Below, one piece after another: positions 40,833-52,760 of a stretch of DNA of 64,000 nucleotides. The translations under genes were made by a program, and so were the position numbers. A model generated the notes under the pieces. That model searched no databases. It was not told where the DNA came from and saw only the letters and a program-made list of their open reading frames with translations. This DNA is from Hydrolagus affinis (taxonomy: Eukaryota): the NCBI GenBank assembly GCA_012026655.1, contig JAAILG010000079.1, forward strand, positions 62,001-126,000, read 5' to 3'. Within the stretch, counting starts at the first letter, position 1; the number at the start of each line of letters is the position of its first letter.

Positions 40833-41408
40833 TCAGACCCCAGGACTTGAATTATTTTCCAACCTATTGTACAAATCTTCAAAGTTCCTCTTTAGAAACG
40901 TCTCTGTTCTGTCTAAATCTTTCTCAGACGAACAATAGTGTTCAGAAGCACTTTGTGACAAATGTCCATGCTCACCCTGCTTGAGAGATTCCGTGTTTGC
41001 TTGCTCAAAGCTTCCTCGAGAGTATTCGAAGTAAGACAGATAGTCCAACATACTGTCACCCTCCCAATATTTGGGGCATTGTGCAGCAGCTTGCCTTTTG
41101 AGTTCTTGGTACTTTTCATGCATTAGGAACTGGGTGGTGTTCTTTGGTGCTCTCATACCTGGTGCCCTTTTACCATTCAAATTAACAGGCCTCAGCAAGG
41201 CTCCGAGGTCAGGGCAGTTGGATCTTCCTCTCCCATACCTGCCCCACTGCTGCTGCTGGTGCTGCTGCTGCTGGGGATGATGATGTTGTTGTTTCCTGTT
41301 CCTCCATTTTTTCTGGTGAGCACAGCAGCCCTGGGATCGGCAGGCTCGGGGTTTCTTCTGATGAGGGTGCCGTTTGCAGCTTTGATTTATGACGACGTTA
41401 CCCTCCAT
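40833..41408 (-). CDS. CCER1: CCER1-like (coiled-coil glutamate-rich protein 1 family), intronless, 191 aa, HEXIM-like motifs
   Basis: Open frame from ATG at 41408 to TGA at 40833. It contains LLRPVNLNGKRAPGMRAPKNTTQFLMHEKY, matching the conserved CCER1 core (PVN..RAPGMRAPxNTTQFLM, recalled). It lies just 3' of EPYC on the same strand, as in other vertebrates. The ORF-track start at 41537 is not an ATG. Confidence 0.85.
   Translation of the reverse strand: MEGNVVINQSCKRHPHQKKPRACRSQGCCAHQKKWRNRKQQHHHPQQQQHQQQQWGRYGRGRSNCPDLGALLRPVNLNGKRAPGMRAPKNTTQFLMHEKYQELKRQAAAQCPKYWEGDSMLDYLSYFEYSRGSFEQANTESLKQGEHGHLSQSASEHYCSSEKDLDRTETFLKRNFEDLYNRLENNSSPGV
41247..41291 (-). repeat. CAG/CAA/CAT-rich tract encoding QQHHHPQQQQHQQQQ
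   Basis: Seen directly within the CCER1-like CDS. Confidence 0.85.
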
Positions 41409-41959
41409 TAATCTTCCCCACCCCCACCCCCACCTCGACAAAAAAAAACACAGCCTGACCTCAAAACTGTAAGTAGGTAGACGGATGGGTTGTCCAGCAA
41501 AACACAGCACCAGCTGGGCCCCGGCCGTCCGAGCCAACCACCTCTTTCTTATTTCCTTCCAATAACCAAGGTGGGAGTTTATTAACAGGGACTCGGGACA
41601 AAACCGAGGGAGCTCCGGAGTGGGGGGGGGGGGGGGGACGACGACGACGGGACTATGAACAGGTTAGCAGGTGCCTTGGGCTTCTCTCTCGCTGGTTTCC
41701 CGGGCCGTGAGGCCCCCTCTTCGCCGCCTCCTTAACTTTATAACTCTCGTTAAAAAAAATGGTTTTACGGGTCTTCGAAAGGAGCTGGAACACGGTCACG
41801 GCATGAGGGCGTCAGATGGAGAGAGTGAGAAAACCTCCCCACAACTGGGCCTGTCACCCTTCACTCTCGTTAACAGACGGTAGGGTGGGTACATAGACCC
41901 TATTACTAGCGTTTGACAACAAGAGTCTGTCAGTCTGCAGCACCTGACTCTTTCTGATC

Positions 41960-42190
41960 GGTGCCAACTGACGCTGTGGGCCTCTGGAAACGTCCTTTAT
42001 ATAGAGCCCCAGCTCGCAACCCGTGGCTAGGCCGTTGCCACAGTAACCGTTGCCGGCTGGGCTGCTGTCCGGGCAACGACCATTCAGTGCGCGCCTTACC
42101 CCAGCACGTGACTGACAGCACAAACGTGCCCGGATGATAGCTACAGTTGAAGTGGAATGTGTCATGTGACTGCCTGGGTGTCACGTGAAC
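41960..42190 (-). promoter_or_regulatory. Promoter of the CCER1-like gene (TATA box, X-boxes, E-boxes, CpG-rich)
   Basis: TATATAAA on minus strand at 41996-42003; RFX X-box-like GTTGCCACAGTAAC 42034-42047 and GCTGTCCGGGCAAC 42064-42077; CACGTGAC 42105-42112, GTCATGTGAC 42161-42170, GTCACGTG 42180-42187; CpG-rich 41500-42200. Confidence 0.65.
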
Positions 42191-42319
42191 AGTTTGTTTA
42201 TGTGTTTCCCCCCCTTCCCCGGCTGCAGTAGGACTTGGGTCTTCAAATCAGTGGAGAAATTGCTGGCAACTGAAGGGGAGGGGCGTTAGAATTCCTTAAA
42301 ATGTTCCTATTGATGATGT

Positions 42320-42637
42320 GGAGTTCTGTAGCTCAGTAGTTAGAGCACTCGCCTTACAAGCGAGAGACCTGGGTTCAATTCCAGGCAGGTCAGAGCGAAA
42401 TCTTGGGCCAAATTTCCTTACTCCACAAGCCTAATAATAATCCCTCCAAAATAACAATAATAAAATGCTCATTTCAATCCACAACTGTTTATGGGACACT
42501 GCTGGCTGTGCACGATTGGCTGTCGTGTTTCACCTACATATATACAGTCAATTCACATTACAGTGTATTCTGTGAAGCACTTTTGAGAAGTCTAAAAGAC
42601 GTGAAAAGCGCTATATCAAATACAAGGAATATTATTA
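42320..42637 (+). mobile_element. tRNA-derived SINE, full length, just upstream of the CCER1-like promoter
   Basis: TAGCTCAGTAGTTAGAGCACTCGCCTTACAAGCGAG...GGTTCAATTCC head (Val TAC-like loop), core, tail. Confidence 0.9.
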
Positions 42638-44064
42638 AAGTGGGTTAGGCTGTTTGTGGGATGGTCTATTTCCGAATTCTCCTCAGGTGATATGAAAAAG
42701 ACAATAAAAAAGAATAATTGCAACAACAATAACTTACACTTATAAAGCACCCTCCCAGCCGGGTAGCGTCTCAGAGCGCTCAATGTTTGACTCTGAGCCT
42801 GGGGTGGTGGAGGGTTAATATGAGGGCACCAATCTCTATTCCATTTCAAATGGCTTCAAAAGTGCTGGGATACTGTATTTTCACAGCATTAGATGCCCCC
42901 AGTGACTGTTATTGGATTCAATAATCTTCCTTGCATTTCCTTACATTTGAACGCCTTTCACATCAGGAGGATGTCTCAAAGTGCTTCACAGTATTTTCTG
43001 CAACGTGCAGTGACTATATAGGTGAAGCTGTAGATGTATTTTGTGTTGTTAATATGTTAAGAACAACAATAACAGCAAAATTACCCATTTATAGAGCGCC
43101 CTTCAAGGCTGGAGGACCTCCCAAGGTGCTGAAATGTGGATTTACTGAGAAGAAGATTAATTTGATTTTGATTAATGTTCACCTGATGTGAAAAGCGCTA
43201 ATCAAATGTGATTTTGTTGTTGTAATCTCTTGTAAGAAATTTGGGGCTATCACTAGACAGTTATTCTATCAAAATAATGCACTAAAGAATAAGCAGGAAA
43301 ATTTGTATTGTATTATGTTACTGTATCTGTCACCTGATTTAAATCCAGAACTGAAAAGGGTGGGTACCAGTCCATTCTGGAAACTATGGAATCACTTATC
43401 CACAACACAAACCAGTTTATTGTATTAATAATCCTTACATTTGATGCAGCATCATTTACTTCAGGGTTGCATCTAAAGATTTTACTGTGAGGTGTAATTA
43501 CTTTATGTGTTGTTTTTATGATCAAATTGCCTTTTACCTATTAGGCTGCAATAATATTTCTTCTGCAATATGCATTTGATATCTTAACATTCCCAATATG
43601 CTGTGCAACTAAAGGGTAGGATGTCTTTTTATACCAAGGTTTCAAATATCCTGCTGTTAGGAGACAAGTAAAAGCCATATGGATCAGGTGGGGAGAGGAA
43701 GTAATAGATTGTTTCTCTATTCTCTGCTTCACATATTCCAATTTTCTGTGCAATCCTTGCTTCTTTTAGACCCTTCTTACGTATTTAAATGGATTCTCCC
43801 ATTTTCCCCCCATTTCATTCCTCTACCCTTTTCCAGACTTCCCATCGTTGAACGATAGGCTTCTTGCTGATTCTGGCATTTGGGGGTGGACTGTTACCAT
43901 ACCATAAAACTATGTCATTCTGCTATTTAGTACAGTTCTTTCTTATTCCTTCGGGAAAGAGAGCATTGTAAGTCTCCCGAACAGTCATGCGATTTTTTTC
44001 CTTCCTACGAATTTTCAAGGAATGATATGACATTTTAATGGGATTAGAGTATCAGTTGATGGCA

Positions 44065-46660
44065 CTCTGGGTGAGGAGATGTGAATGGACTCGTTGAGCC
44101 AAAGAGCCAAAGAGTATGGCCTCCGTCTTGTCAACATTCAGCTGCAAGAAATGTGCGCTCATCCAGCTCCTGAAGCCTGACAGACAGACTGACAGAACAT
44201 CAGTGGGCTGGGGGTCGCAAAGTGAAGTGGAGAAATAGAATTGGGTGTCATCCGCGTACATGTGGAAGTGTACCCCATGTCTGCGGATGACATCCCCAAG
44301 AGGGAGCGTATAGATGAGGAAGAGGAGGGGGCCAAGGATGGATCCCTGGGGTACCCCACAGGTAACTGGGTAAGAGCGGGAGGAAAAGCCATTTATGGAG
44401 ATGTACTGCTGGCAGTTTGTGAGGTAGGACTTGAACCAGGTGAGTGCGATCCCACTGAGGTCGATGACGGAGGACAGGCGGTAGAGGAGGATGGTGTGGT
44501 CGACTGTGTCGAACACAGCGGACAGGTCCAGGAGGATAAGGAGACAGAGGTCACAGATAGAGAGGACGTCGTTTATGACTTTCACGAGCGCAGTCTCTGT
44601 ACTGTGGGCAGGGAGGAAACCAGACTGGAGGGATTCGAAGAGGGAGTGGGAGGAGAGGTGGGCGCGGAGTTGGTTTGCAACAACGCGTTCCAGTGCCTTT
44701 GAAAGGAAGGGCAGGTTAGAGATAGGGCGGTAGTGGCTGGGGTTTGAGGGATCTAGGGAGGGTTTCTTAAGGAGGGGGGTGATGGCAGCAGTTTTGAAGG
44801 GGACAGGGACTGATTCCCTGGAGAGGGACTGGTTGATGATATCAGCCAGCAGTGGGCAAAGGAGGGGGAGGTGGGTGAGCAGTAGGTTGATGGGAATGGG
44901 GTCGAGGCAGCAGGTTGATGGCTTCAAGGAGGTGAGAGTGCGTGAGAGGGAGGAAAGAGAGACTGGGGAGAAGGAGTGTAGGAAGGGGGTCGAGGTGGGA
45001 GTTGATGACAGGAAGGGTGAGGGGCATGGGATAGGGGTAGAGGGTGACGAGAGGCAGGAGGATGAGGCTGCCTGGCGGATATTTTGGATTTTTGAGGAAA
45101 AGAAATCCATGATCTCCTCGCACTTCGCATTTGAAGTGGAGATTGAGGAGGCCTGAGGGGATGCATGGAGGAGGTGGTGGGTGGTGGAAAAGAGGACTGG
45201 GATTGTTTGCCTCCAGGAAAATGTTGGAGTAGTAGACCGTTTTCGCTCGACGCAAAGAACGGCGGCAGCTGTGGAGATGCTCGAGCCACAGTTGGTGGTG
45301 AACCGTGAGGCCAGTTTTCTGCCATCTGAGCTCGAGCAGCCGGGTTTGGGATTTAAGGGAGCGGAGATGAGCATTGTACCAGGGGGAGTGGGTGGGTTTC
45401 GAGATAGATCTGGATTTATGGAGGACGAGAGAGTAGAAAGTGGAGGAGAGGCGATCATGGAGCAGCTGGACAGCTACTTCAGGATCACTGTGGGTGGAAG
45501 ACCAGAGGGGTAGGAGGTCGGAGGATGTGAGGGCCTCTGTGAGTGTCTCAGGGGGGAGACTTTTCCAAGGGCAGAAAAGTACAGTTGAGGGCTTGGTGGA
45601 GGAGAGAGAGATGGAAGAGGAGAAGGAGAGAAGAAAGTGGTCTGAGATGGCCTTATCCGAGATGCTGAGTTCGGAAATGTCAAGGCCGTGGGTGATAATG
45701 AGGTCAAGAGGTGGCCACGATTGTGGGTCGGTGAGTCGATGTGGAGGGTGAGGTTTAGAGAGGAGAGGAGGGCAGTGAAGTCGGAAGAGTTGGTGCAGGG
45801 GGAGTTTAGGTGAAGGTTGAAATTGCCTATGATGAGCAGACGTTCAGAGCAGAGGGACTGGGAGGAGAGAAGAGTGGAGATATCGGGAGGAAAGAGCCAG
45901 GGGGTTTAGGAGGACGATAGAATAGAAGGATTTTTAAGGAAAGAGAAGGATAGTAGAGCATGAGATGTTCGAAGGAGGGGAAGCAGCCGGAGAAATAGGG
46001 GGAGAGACCAAGGGAGGCGTTGGAGATGATGGCCACCCCGCCGCTGCGTTGGTTGGGGCAGGGGGTGTGGTGGAAGGTGTAGCCTGGAGGGGAGGCTCGA
46101 CCAGAGGCACGGGGTCATTGGGGGAGAGCCAGGTTTCTGTAAGCCCAATAATATCAATGTTCTCATCCAGGATGAGGTCATAGATAGTGAGGGCTTTGTT
46201 GGAAAGGGAATGGATGTTCTGGAGGGCAGTGCGGATGGGTTTGCTGAATGGGGGAGGAGAGAGTGGTGCAGAGAGGATCTGAGGGTGTGTAGGAGAGGTG
46301 GGTCTGGGGAGAGAGGAGGGAGGGGAAGTGGGGAGGGTACGTATGGCAGAGGGGGAAGTAGTGCTTGCCTTGGGTGGAGAGAGTGGATGATGGGACAGTT
46401 GAGGCGGCTGCTCTGGGACACCCAGCGCCTGGTGCCACGATGGGCCCGGCGGAGGATCCCCAGACTGGAGCAGAGGGAAGCGGTGATGGGGGCCAGGAGG
46501 GAGAGTAGGCGGGTGGGGGGCGGGGGAGGAGGGAGAGTAGGACAGAGTTAGAATAGCGGATAGAGGGAGGTGGTGGGAGAGACATCGAGGGGGGTGGGAA
46601 GAGAGACATTTAGGGTGGTGGGGGAGGCTCGGTTCGGGGCAGCAGCCAAAACGCGCACGC
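44065..46660 (-). mobile_element. L2-clade LINE ORF2 (APE endonuclease + reverse transcriptase), frameshifted, no 3' tail
   Basis: QNIHSLSNK..IIGLTETWL (endonuclease); YRPISNLPFLSKALE, LLDLSAVFDTVDH, GVPQGSILGPLLF, YADDTQ (RT); multiple frameshifts. Confidence 0.93.
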
Positions 46661-48949
46661 ACAGACCAGGACTGAGCGATCAGTGGGTCAAAATCAGCCC
46701 CCAGGCTGTGTGACCGGGCGGGGGGGTGGGGGGGAAATGGGCTGATTGTGACATCGCTTGTTAGATTTTCCCTGCTGGGTCTTGCTTATTTTCAGTCTCC
46801 ACGCTGCTCTTTTATGCCCAGTGCTCGGACAGGGCTCCTCCCCCCTCTCTCCTGTCTCTGCTATCATGGAAATGTTTGTACAAAGTCTGGTAATCATTCC
46901 TTTCTCTTGAGAGGACTTTACACTCATTCCTCTTTTGGCTGATCCACCAATGGATTGCTAGGGGAGGACTATACAGTCGGAGTTTGTGACCTTCAGATGG
47001 AATATTAAACTGAGGTCTTTCTGCTTGTTGGGGCGGATGATAAAGTTCCCATATTACCATTTGAAAGAGAAGGGAGTTTCTTCTGGCGTTCTGGTATTAT
47101 TAGTTCGAATTGAGACCCCAAATATATGATTTCAGCATTATTTGCAATGTGCAGGTTGACATATGTGCAAAACACTGACCTTATTTTTGTTATTAAAGAC
47201 CTGGTTTTGTGACTGACTTATTTAGAATTCTAAAAAATGTGTGTGGAAAGCTCCCAAGTACAATAGTTCATGGGAAGATCTGAAAGTTTACAATGGCTCA
47301 TAGGGAGTGAATACAGTGTGCTTCAAACAGGCTGTGAATAAATATACAGTCAATTCACTATACAGTATATTCTGTGAAGCGCTTTGATACGTCTAGAAGA
47401 CGTGAAAAGCGTTACAACAAATGTAAGAATTATTATTTTACCAATAACATCCAAACTGTCACATGACCCAGCCAGATACAGTGCAAAACAAAACTACTGG
47501 TGTAAATATTGCTGATGATTTATTCGGTGCAAAAAATTCTTTAGATTGTACAACCTTGCCTGTGGGTGCCAGATTGAGAACTGCTGTTTACATATGATCA
47601 GGGATTTACAAAGCACCTGCCCTTGAAAATCTAAATGATATCACTTTGGAGCACACCTCGGAACACTCCTTAACAAACGGGTACAAACTATCTTAATCAA
47701 TTAGGAGACTATTACCAGTTATGTGTTAAATGTGTATTGAGTGTTACAGGTAGAATGTAGCTGTATTGATTTTTTAAAAATCTCTGAAAGTGGTACTTTG
47801 AGTAGAAAGTACTCAATGGAAAGCAAGATGACCAGACTATGGAGAAAGTCGTGAGATCAAATGGGCCAAATGGCCTGATTCATCTGTGTTTCTCTTGTGA
47901 TAAATCTTATGATCAATTAAACTTTCCTTATACTGTGTATATCAGCTGCAATTTTGAGGGCCTCTATTACTCAAAAAACACTCGTTTTCTTCCACAAAGC
48001 AATCCGTATTTATCAAATCCATCTTACATTCACATTAAAAATGTATTTACTTCCTATTAAAATATATAAACTAATTCCAGAGGTCAGTTACCGAGGTGCC
48101 ACTTATCAGAACTACAGTTCAGAAGAACTCCCTGCAGGTGGTGGTGTTGTCATAAAAACCAGAACCTTAAATCCATTATTCACTAGTAGCTGTAAAGTTG
48201 TTTAGAAAATTACAGAACAATAATAATAACTCTTGCATTTGATAAAAACACTTTTCACATTTTCTAGATGACTCAAAGCGCTTCACAGAATATGTAAAGT
48301 GAAGTGACTGTCTATTTCATGGGTGAAACGCGGCAGCCTATTGTGTAAAGTCCTGATCGAAAATAATCTACAGTGTTAGTATAATGTGATGTGCCAAGGG
48401 TGATTGGATGTACTTCGCTCAGAGAAGGGAGAATGAGTCAATCATACTACTCTCATGCACCTCCTTATGGTGAGTTTAAATTCGCAGAAGCACATCTCTA
48501 TAAATTACATTTATAGAAGCACGCTCTATAAATGTAATTTGTTGTTGTTGTTGTTGTTATTAATAGAAGAATGCTGGATATGCTGAAAATCACTTTTAAA
48601 ATTCCTACTTTTGCACAAAATTTGTTTTTGCTTAGGTGGAGGATGTTCTTGTGATTAGAATGTGTTTGACGTGTCAAAGTGCTTACATTTACATTACAGA
48701 TATTAACTGTCAGGGTGAGAATGCCTTGTTTGATGATAGTTAGCGCTGAATTTCACTATGCTTTATGCTAATTTTAAGCTTTATATTGTAGACTTGCAAA
48801 CACTAAACTACACCTAAAACACTCAGTACCATTTATTTTGGATTGCTACACATAACAGCGGGAAAATTGCTATATTTGTCCGGGTTGATTTGAAATTCAA
48901 GTAGAAGAGGTGAAAGGATAGCATTCTAACTGAATGTGTCATTCATTAT

Positions 48950-49272
48950 GGAGCTCCTGTAGCTCAGTGATTAGAGCAATCACCTTACAAGCGTGAGATC
49001 TGTGTTCGAATCCAGGCAAATCAGGGCGAAACCTTGGGCAAGTTTCCTTACTCCACACGCCTAATAATAATCCGTCCAAACAAAATCCACAAAAATAAAA
49101 ATGGGTTATTTTCAATCCATGACTGTTTGTGGGACACTGTTGTGCGCAATTGGCTGCCACGTTTCACCTACAAATATACAGTCAATTCACTTTAAAGTAT
49201 ATTCTGTGAAGCGCTTTGAAATGTCGATAAGATGTGAAAAGCGCTATATCAAAAGCAACTATTATTATTATT
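48950..49272 (+). mobile_element. tRNA-derived SINE, full length
   Basis: GGAGCTCCTGTAGCTCAGTG head, GTTCGAATCC B box, (TTA)n tail. Confidence 0.9.
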
Positions 49273-51010
49273 AACTTCTGGTATTGTGAGAAATAAAGTG
49301 ATTTGCGAATAATAACTCAAACATACCCAGGTGTTCAAACTGACCATCTAAAGTTAGTTTTTGGGGTCAATTTGAACATGGCAAGAGAGTTCAGTGGCTT
49401 GAAGATTTATGATAAACTGGTTCCATTATTCTGTTGTTTCCCTTGTAGATGTCAGGTCAAACAGACAAACATTTCGCAATGCTATCAGGTGTCAATGCCA
49501 ACTTACTAAATAACCTCATGGGTACACTATTCCATTTTGAAAATTCGGCAAAAGAAAAGATTTTCAGAATATTTTTCTACACAATTTTCTGGAACAAAAG
49601 TTTGTTGAAAATGACTGAATATGGATAGAAGATGGAATCATTGTTCTTCTGTACTTAATTTGAAAAAATTAAACATCAGTATTTCGATCTCCAGAAGTTA
49701 GCTACATGGCTGCAGTTATTGAAATTCATGGGAAGTTCAAATAGAAAACATCTTAACGCAAAGTGGAAAATGTTGATCCTGTATTATTTTTGGAAATAGG
49801 AATGTTAAATACTGTAATATGAACATGGGGTTGATTTGAAATTCAATGAAATTTGATGACTGATATCCTACAGCCAGGTTTATAGACATAATGATAAAAG
49901 CCATAAAGGGATTTTATTCTGTATTTATTTGTGAAATGAAAAGAGTTAGGCTATTGTTGCCTCACTGCTATGAATTCAAAATATAATGATGGGAAACAAC
50001 TAAGTGAAGTCTAAAGGTTAAACATTTCTTAATGTTTTAATTTATATCAATATATGACGCCACTACATTTAATATTTTAAAGTGTGTTATACATTCGTAA
50101 ACATATGTATGAAAATTCTACCTGGGTCTACATTCCTCTATATAGCATTTTAAAGCATCCAGAATTTGCCAAATTATTTTTTTTAAAACTTGATTTTGAA
50201 GGCGTTTTTCTTTTAAGGACTACAGAAAATTGTGTTCAAAGTTGAGACTGAGTTCAACAATTAGCCAACTGCTCTAAAATGCTACGTAAATAGAGTATAT
50301 CTAGATTAAGATAGAATTTTGTTTCTGGGATTTTAGAGGTTTAAATAACAGTCACATTTATATTTCTGAAAATATCATATAAAGAAATGTCAATAACCGA
50401 AGCATGTGAAAATCAGTTGTCTATTTTTCCCATTACTGAGTTCATGTAGAGTTAATGCCTTTGTTTTACCGATTGGCTATCAGTAATCATTTTGCCTTCC
50501 CAGACCTGTTGCGTATATGAGCTTTTCTTTTAAATATTAAGAGACTTTTAAAATAAACTATGAATGAAATATTTATTGGTGCTCCAAGTACAATTATATA
50601 TAATGGTTACAAGGCAAGTTGAAATACTGTAACTGGGTCTACTAATAGACCCATTAATGATACAAAATGCTGCAAAGCCCTGAAAAAGCAACATAAATTG
50701 CTCTGTTTTATTGAAGCAAGATCATGATAACTTAAACCATGAAATAAGTTGAAATTATTTGATGGAGCATATAGCTTAACAAGTAATTTATTGATCAAAT
50801 CACATTTATTTTAAATTGGCAAAATCAGTACACAATTGATTCCAGAGCATTTGCTTAAAACATTTACAACTTTTATTTTTGTTTCGCTTAGTTACTTAAC
50901 ATTTCAATTGTAATTATTGTGAACCATTTCTTTTATTTACGAGTTTAGTAAATGCAAGGGTCAATTTTTGGATGTATCTTGAAACATCCAAATGAGAACT
51001 CCTTCTATTA

Positions 51011-51182
51011 CAGTCGAACCTGTTCAAGTAACCAACTCTGTTCATCAACCACCCCTGTTACCAATTACCTGGAACAGCCCTTTCAGGAAGCGTTCACACA
51101 ATAACAAACTCAATGGCCATCTTTTTATCAAAGGCCAATTTATCCCATTCGCCTGAGAGGTTGTTGAAGACATGTTTGAATG
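51011..51182. mobile_element. Old Tc1/pogo-type MITE 3' of the EPYC stop codon
   Basis: TA|CAGTCGAACCTGT ... ACATGTTTGAATG|TA degenerate TIRs with TA duplications; decayed ACCAC subterminal repeats. Confidence 0.55.
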
Positions 51183-51493
51183 TAACTAGAAGTGTATCAC
51201 ACACATTATTCTGACTAGAGAAAAAAACGTACCCCAAAAATAGATTGAGTTGGAGCAGCAATCCTAAAAGTCTGTATCAGTAATTGGATTTCTTTAATTA
51301 ATAAATCTGCTAAGAAATGACACAAAATCGACCCTGCTGTGTGCATGCTTGCCTGCAGTCGTATTTTGATGAGTCTGCCAATGTATCCTTTAAAGAAGGG
51401 GATTTGCCTTAAATAAAATGTAAGCATATAATAAAAGGCTTTTGATTGTCGTCATGTGGTTTTTGAATGAATTGTAAACAAAATACAGATTTT

Positions 51494-51661
51494 TTAATAA
51501 TTTCCAACAGGCACATGAAGAAGACAGATGTAGGCTTGAGGTGTTTTGCTTAGATTAATAGGATTTCCATCCAGTCGAATGTCCTGCAGAGGCTTGCGAA
51601 CATAGTTTATGTCCTTTGAATTACAGAAAGTGTCATCATTGATGTGCTGAATGTTGTTGTT
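51494..51661 (-). CDS. EPYC: Epiphycan, last coding exon (NNNIQHINDDTFCNSKDINYVRKPLQDIRLDGNPINLSKTPQAYICLLHVPVGNY*)
   Basis: Acceptor tttccAG, phase 0, stop TAA at 51494-51496; IRLDGNPINLSKTPQAY is diagnostic of EPYC. Confidence 0.95.
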   Translation of the reverse strand, partial: NNNIQHINDDTFCNSKDINYVRKPLQDIRLDGNPINLSKTPQAYICLLHVPVGNY

Positions 51662-52664
51662 CTGGAAACATAAAAACATTTTAAATGTATACACTTGTGT
51701 TATATAACACAGCTAAAAAGAAACAAACAGACCATGAAACGAATTGTCTCAAAAAAGGCTAAAATAGTTTTTCAAAATGAAAGGATCAAAATAAATACTT
51801 GCTTTAATTTTTGTGTTTATTGGTTTGCTGATTTATTGTTCCTGGCCCTGTAGATCATTATCGGAGCTGTGTTTTTAATATTCTGTATATTCTTTTATGT
51901 ATCATGTGAAGTTAAATTTGGTCGCCGTAGCAAGAAAGTTCATTCATTTCAAGAGTTCACTTGTGAAAACTATATGGCACGAGCCAAGAAAGAAAATCTA
52001 AGAGAATCTTGATAATTTTACTTTTCCCACATCAGCCAATCTTACTAATTCAATGCTAGTTTTGTACAGCGAGTCCATCTTCACTAGGAACTGGATTGAA
52101 GCTGTCACAAATCTTCAATTAAAATCCTTATTGGCCAACAGCCAAGAAAAGATTAAGATGTATTTTTCCACCATTATATGAAACATTCAAGAACATTTCT
52201 GTATTTAATCTCCCATCAGAGCTGTATTTTGGTACAATAAACACTTAATATTTTCAGTTGACGAACGTACTGAGTAGTAAGTACTCAAATAAGTCCAGAA
52301 CAAGATTATCCTTGGGAGTGCAATCTGCAATCAATCTTGGCAATTGACAATTGGCATCGTGGACAAAAATCCTCTTGAACAGAGAGAGACATTTTGTTTT
52401 TGCATTGCCTCTCTCTCTATTGTTTCTCTTTGCATTGTATCTCTACATTGTTTCTCTCTGCAATTTCTCTCTTCATGTGCTTTGTCATTTGCTTCCACCT
52501 AATCCAAATTTATAGGTTTCTAAATAAACATGTCCAAACTGTCCAATTACTGTGGCATTTGTCCACAGTAAATATTTCTCTTTTTGGTGAGGGGGTAAAT
52601 TGGGTGTTACTAAGTTATGCACATACTAACTGCACATACAGTTTCTGAATAATCTGCCTTTTAC

Positions 52665-52760
52665 CTGTAGGTGAACTGAACGAAGACCTTCCGGTAGAGG
52701 AAGAGGGACATAGTCCAATTCATTGTCAGACAGAAACAAGTAAGCAAGGTTGGCCATGTC
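52665..52760 (-). CDS. EPYC: Epiphycan exon (DMANLAYLFLSDNELDYVPLPLPEGLRSVHLQ), 96 nt
   Basis: AG/GT boundaries, phase 0-0, LRR sequence homologous to EPYC DMYDLHHLYLTDNNLDHIPLPLPENLRALHLQ. Confidence 0.93.

Noticed and set aside
42320-42392. tRNA-Val(TAC)-like cloverleaf
   Set aside because: It is the head of a multi-copy SINE: no paired acceptor stem, and it continues into the SINE core and tail.
44052-45458. 468-aa reverse-transcriptase ORF as a host gene or novel RT system
   Set aside because: It is a frameshifted piece of L2 ORF2, with many related fragments in the window.
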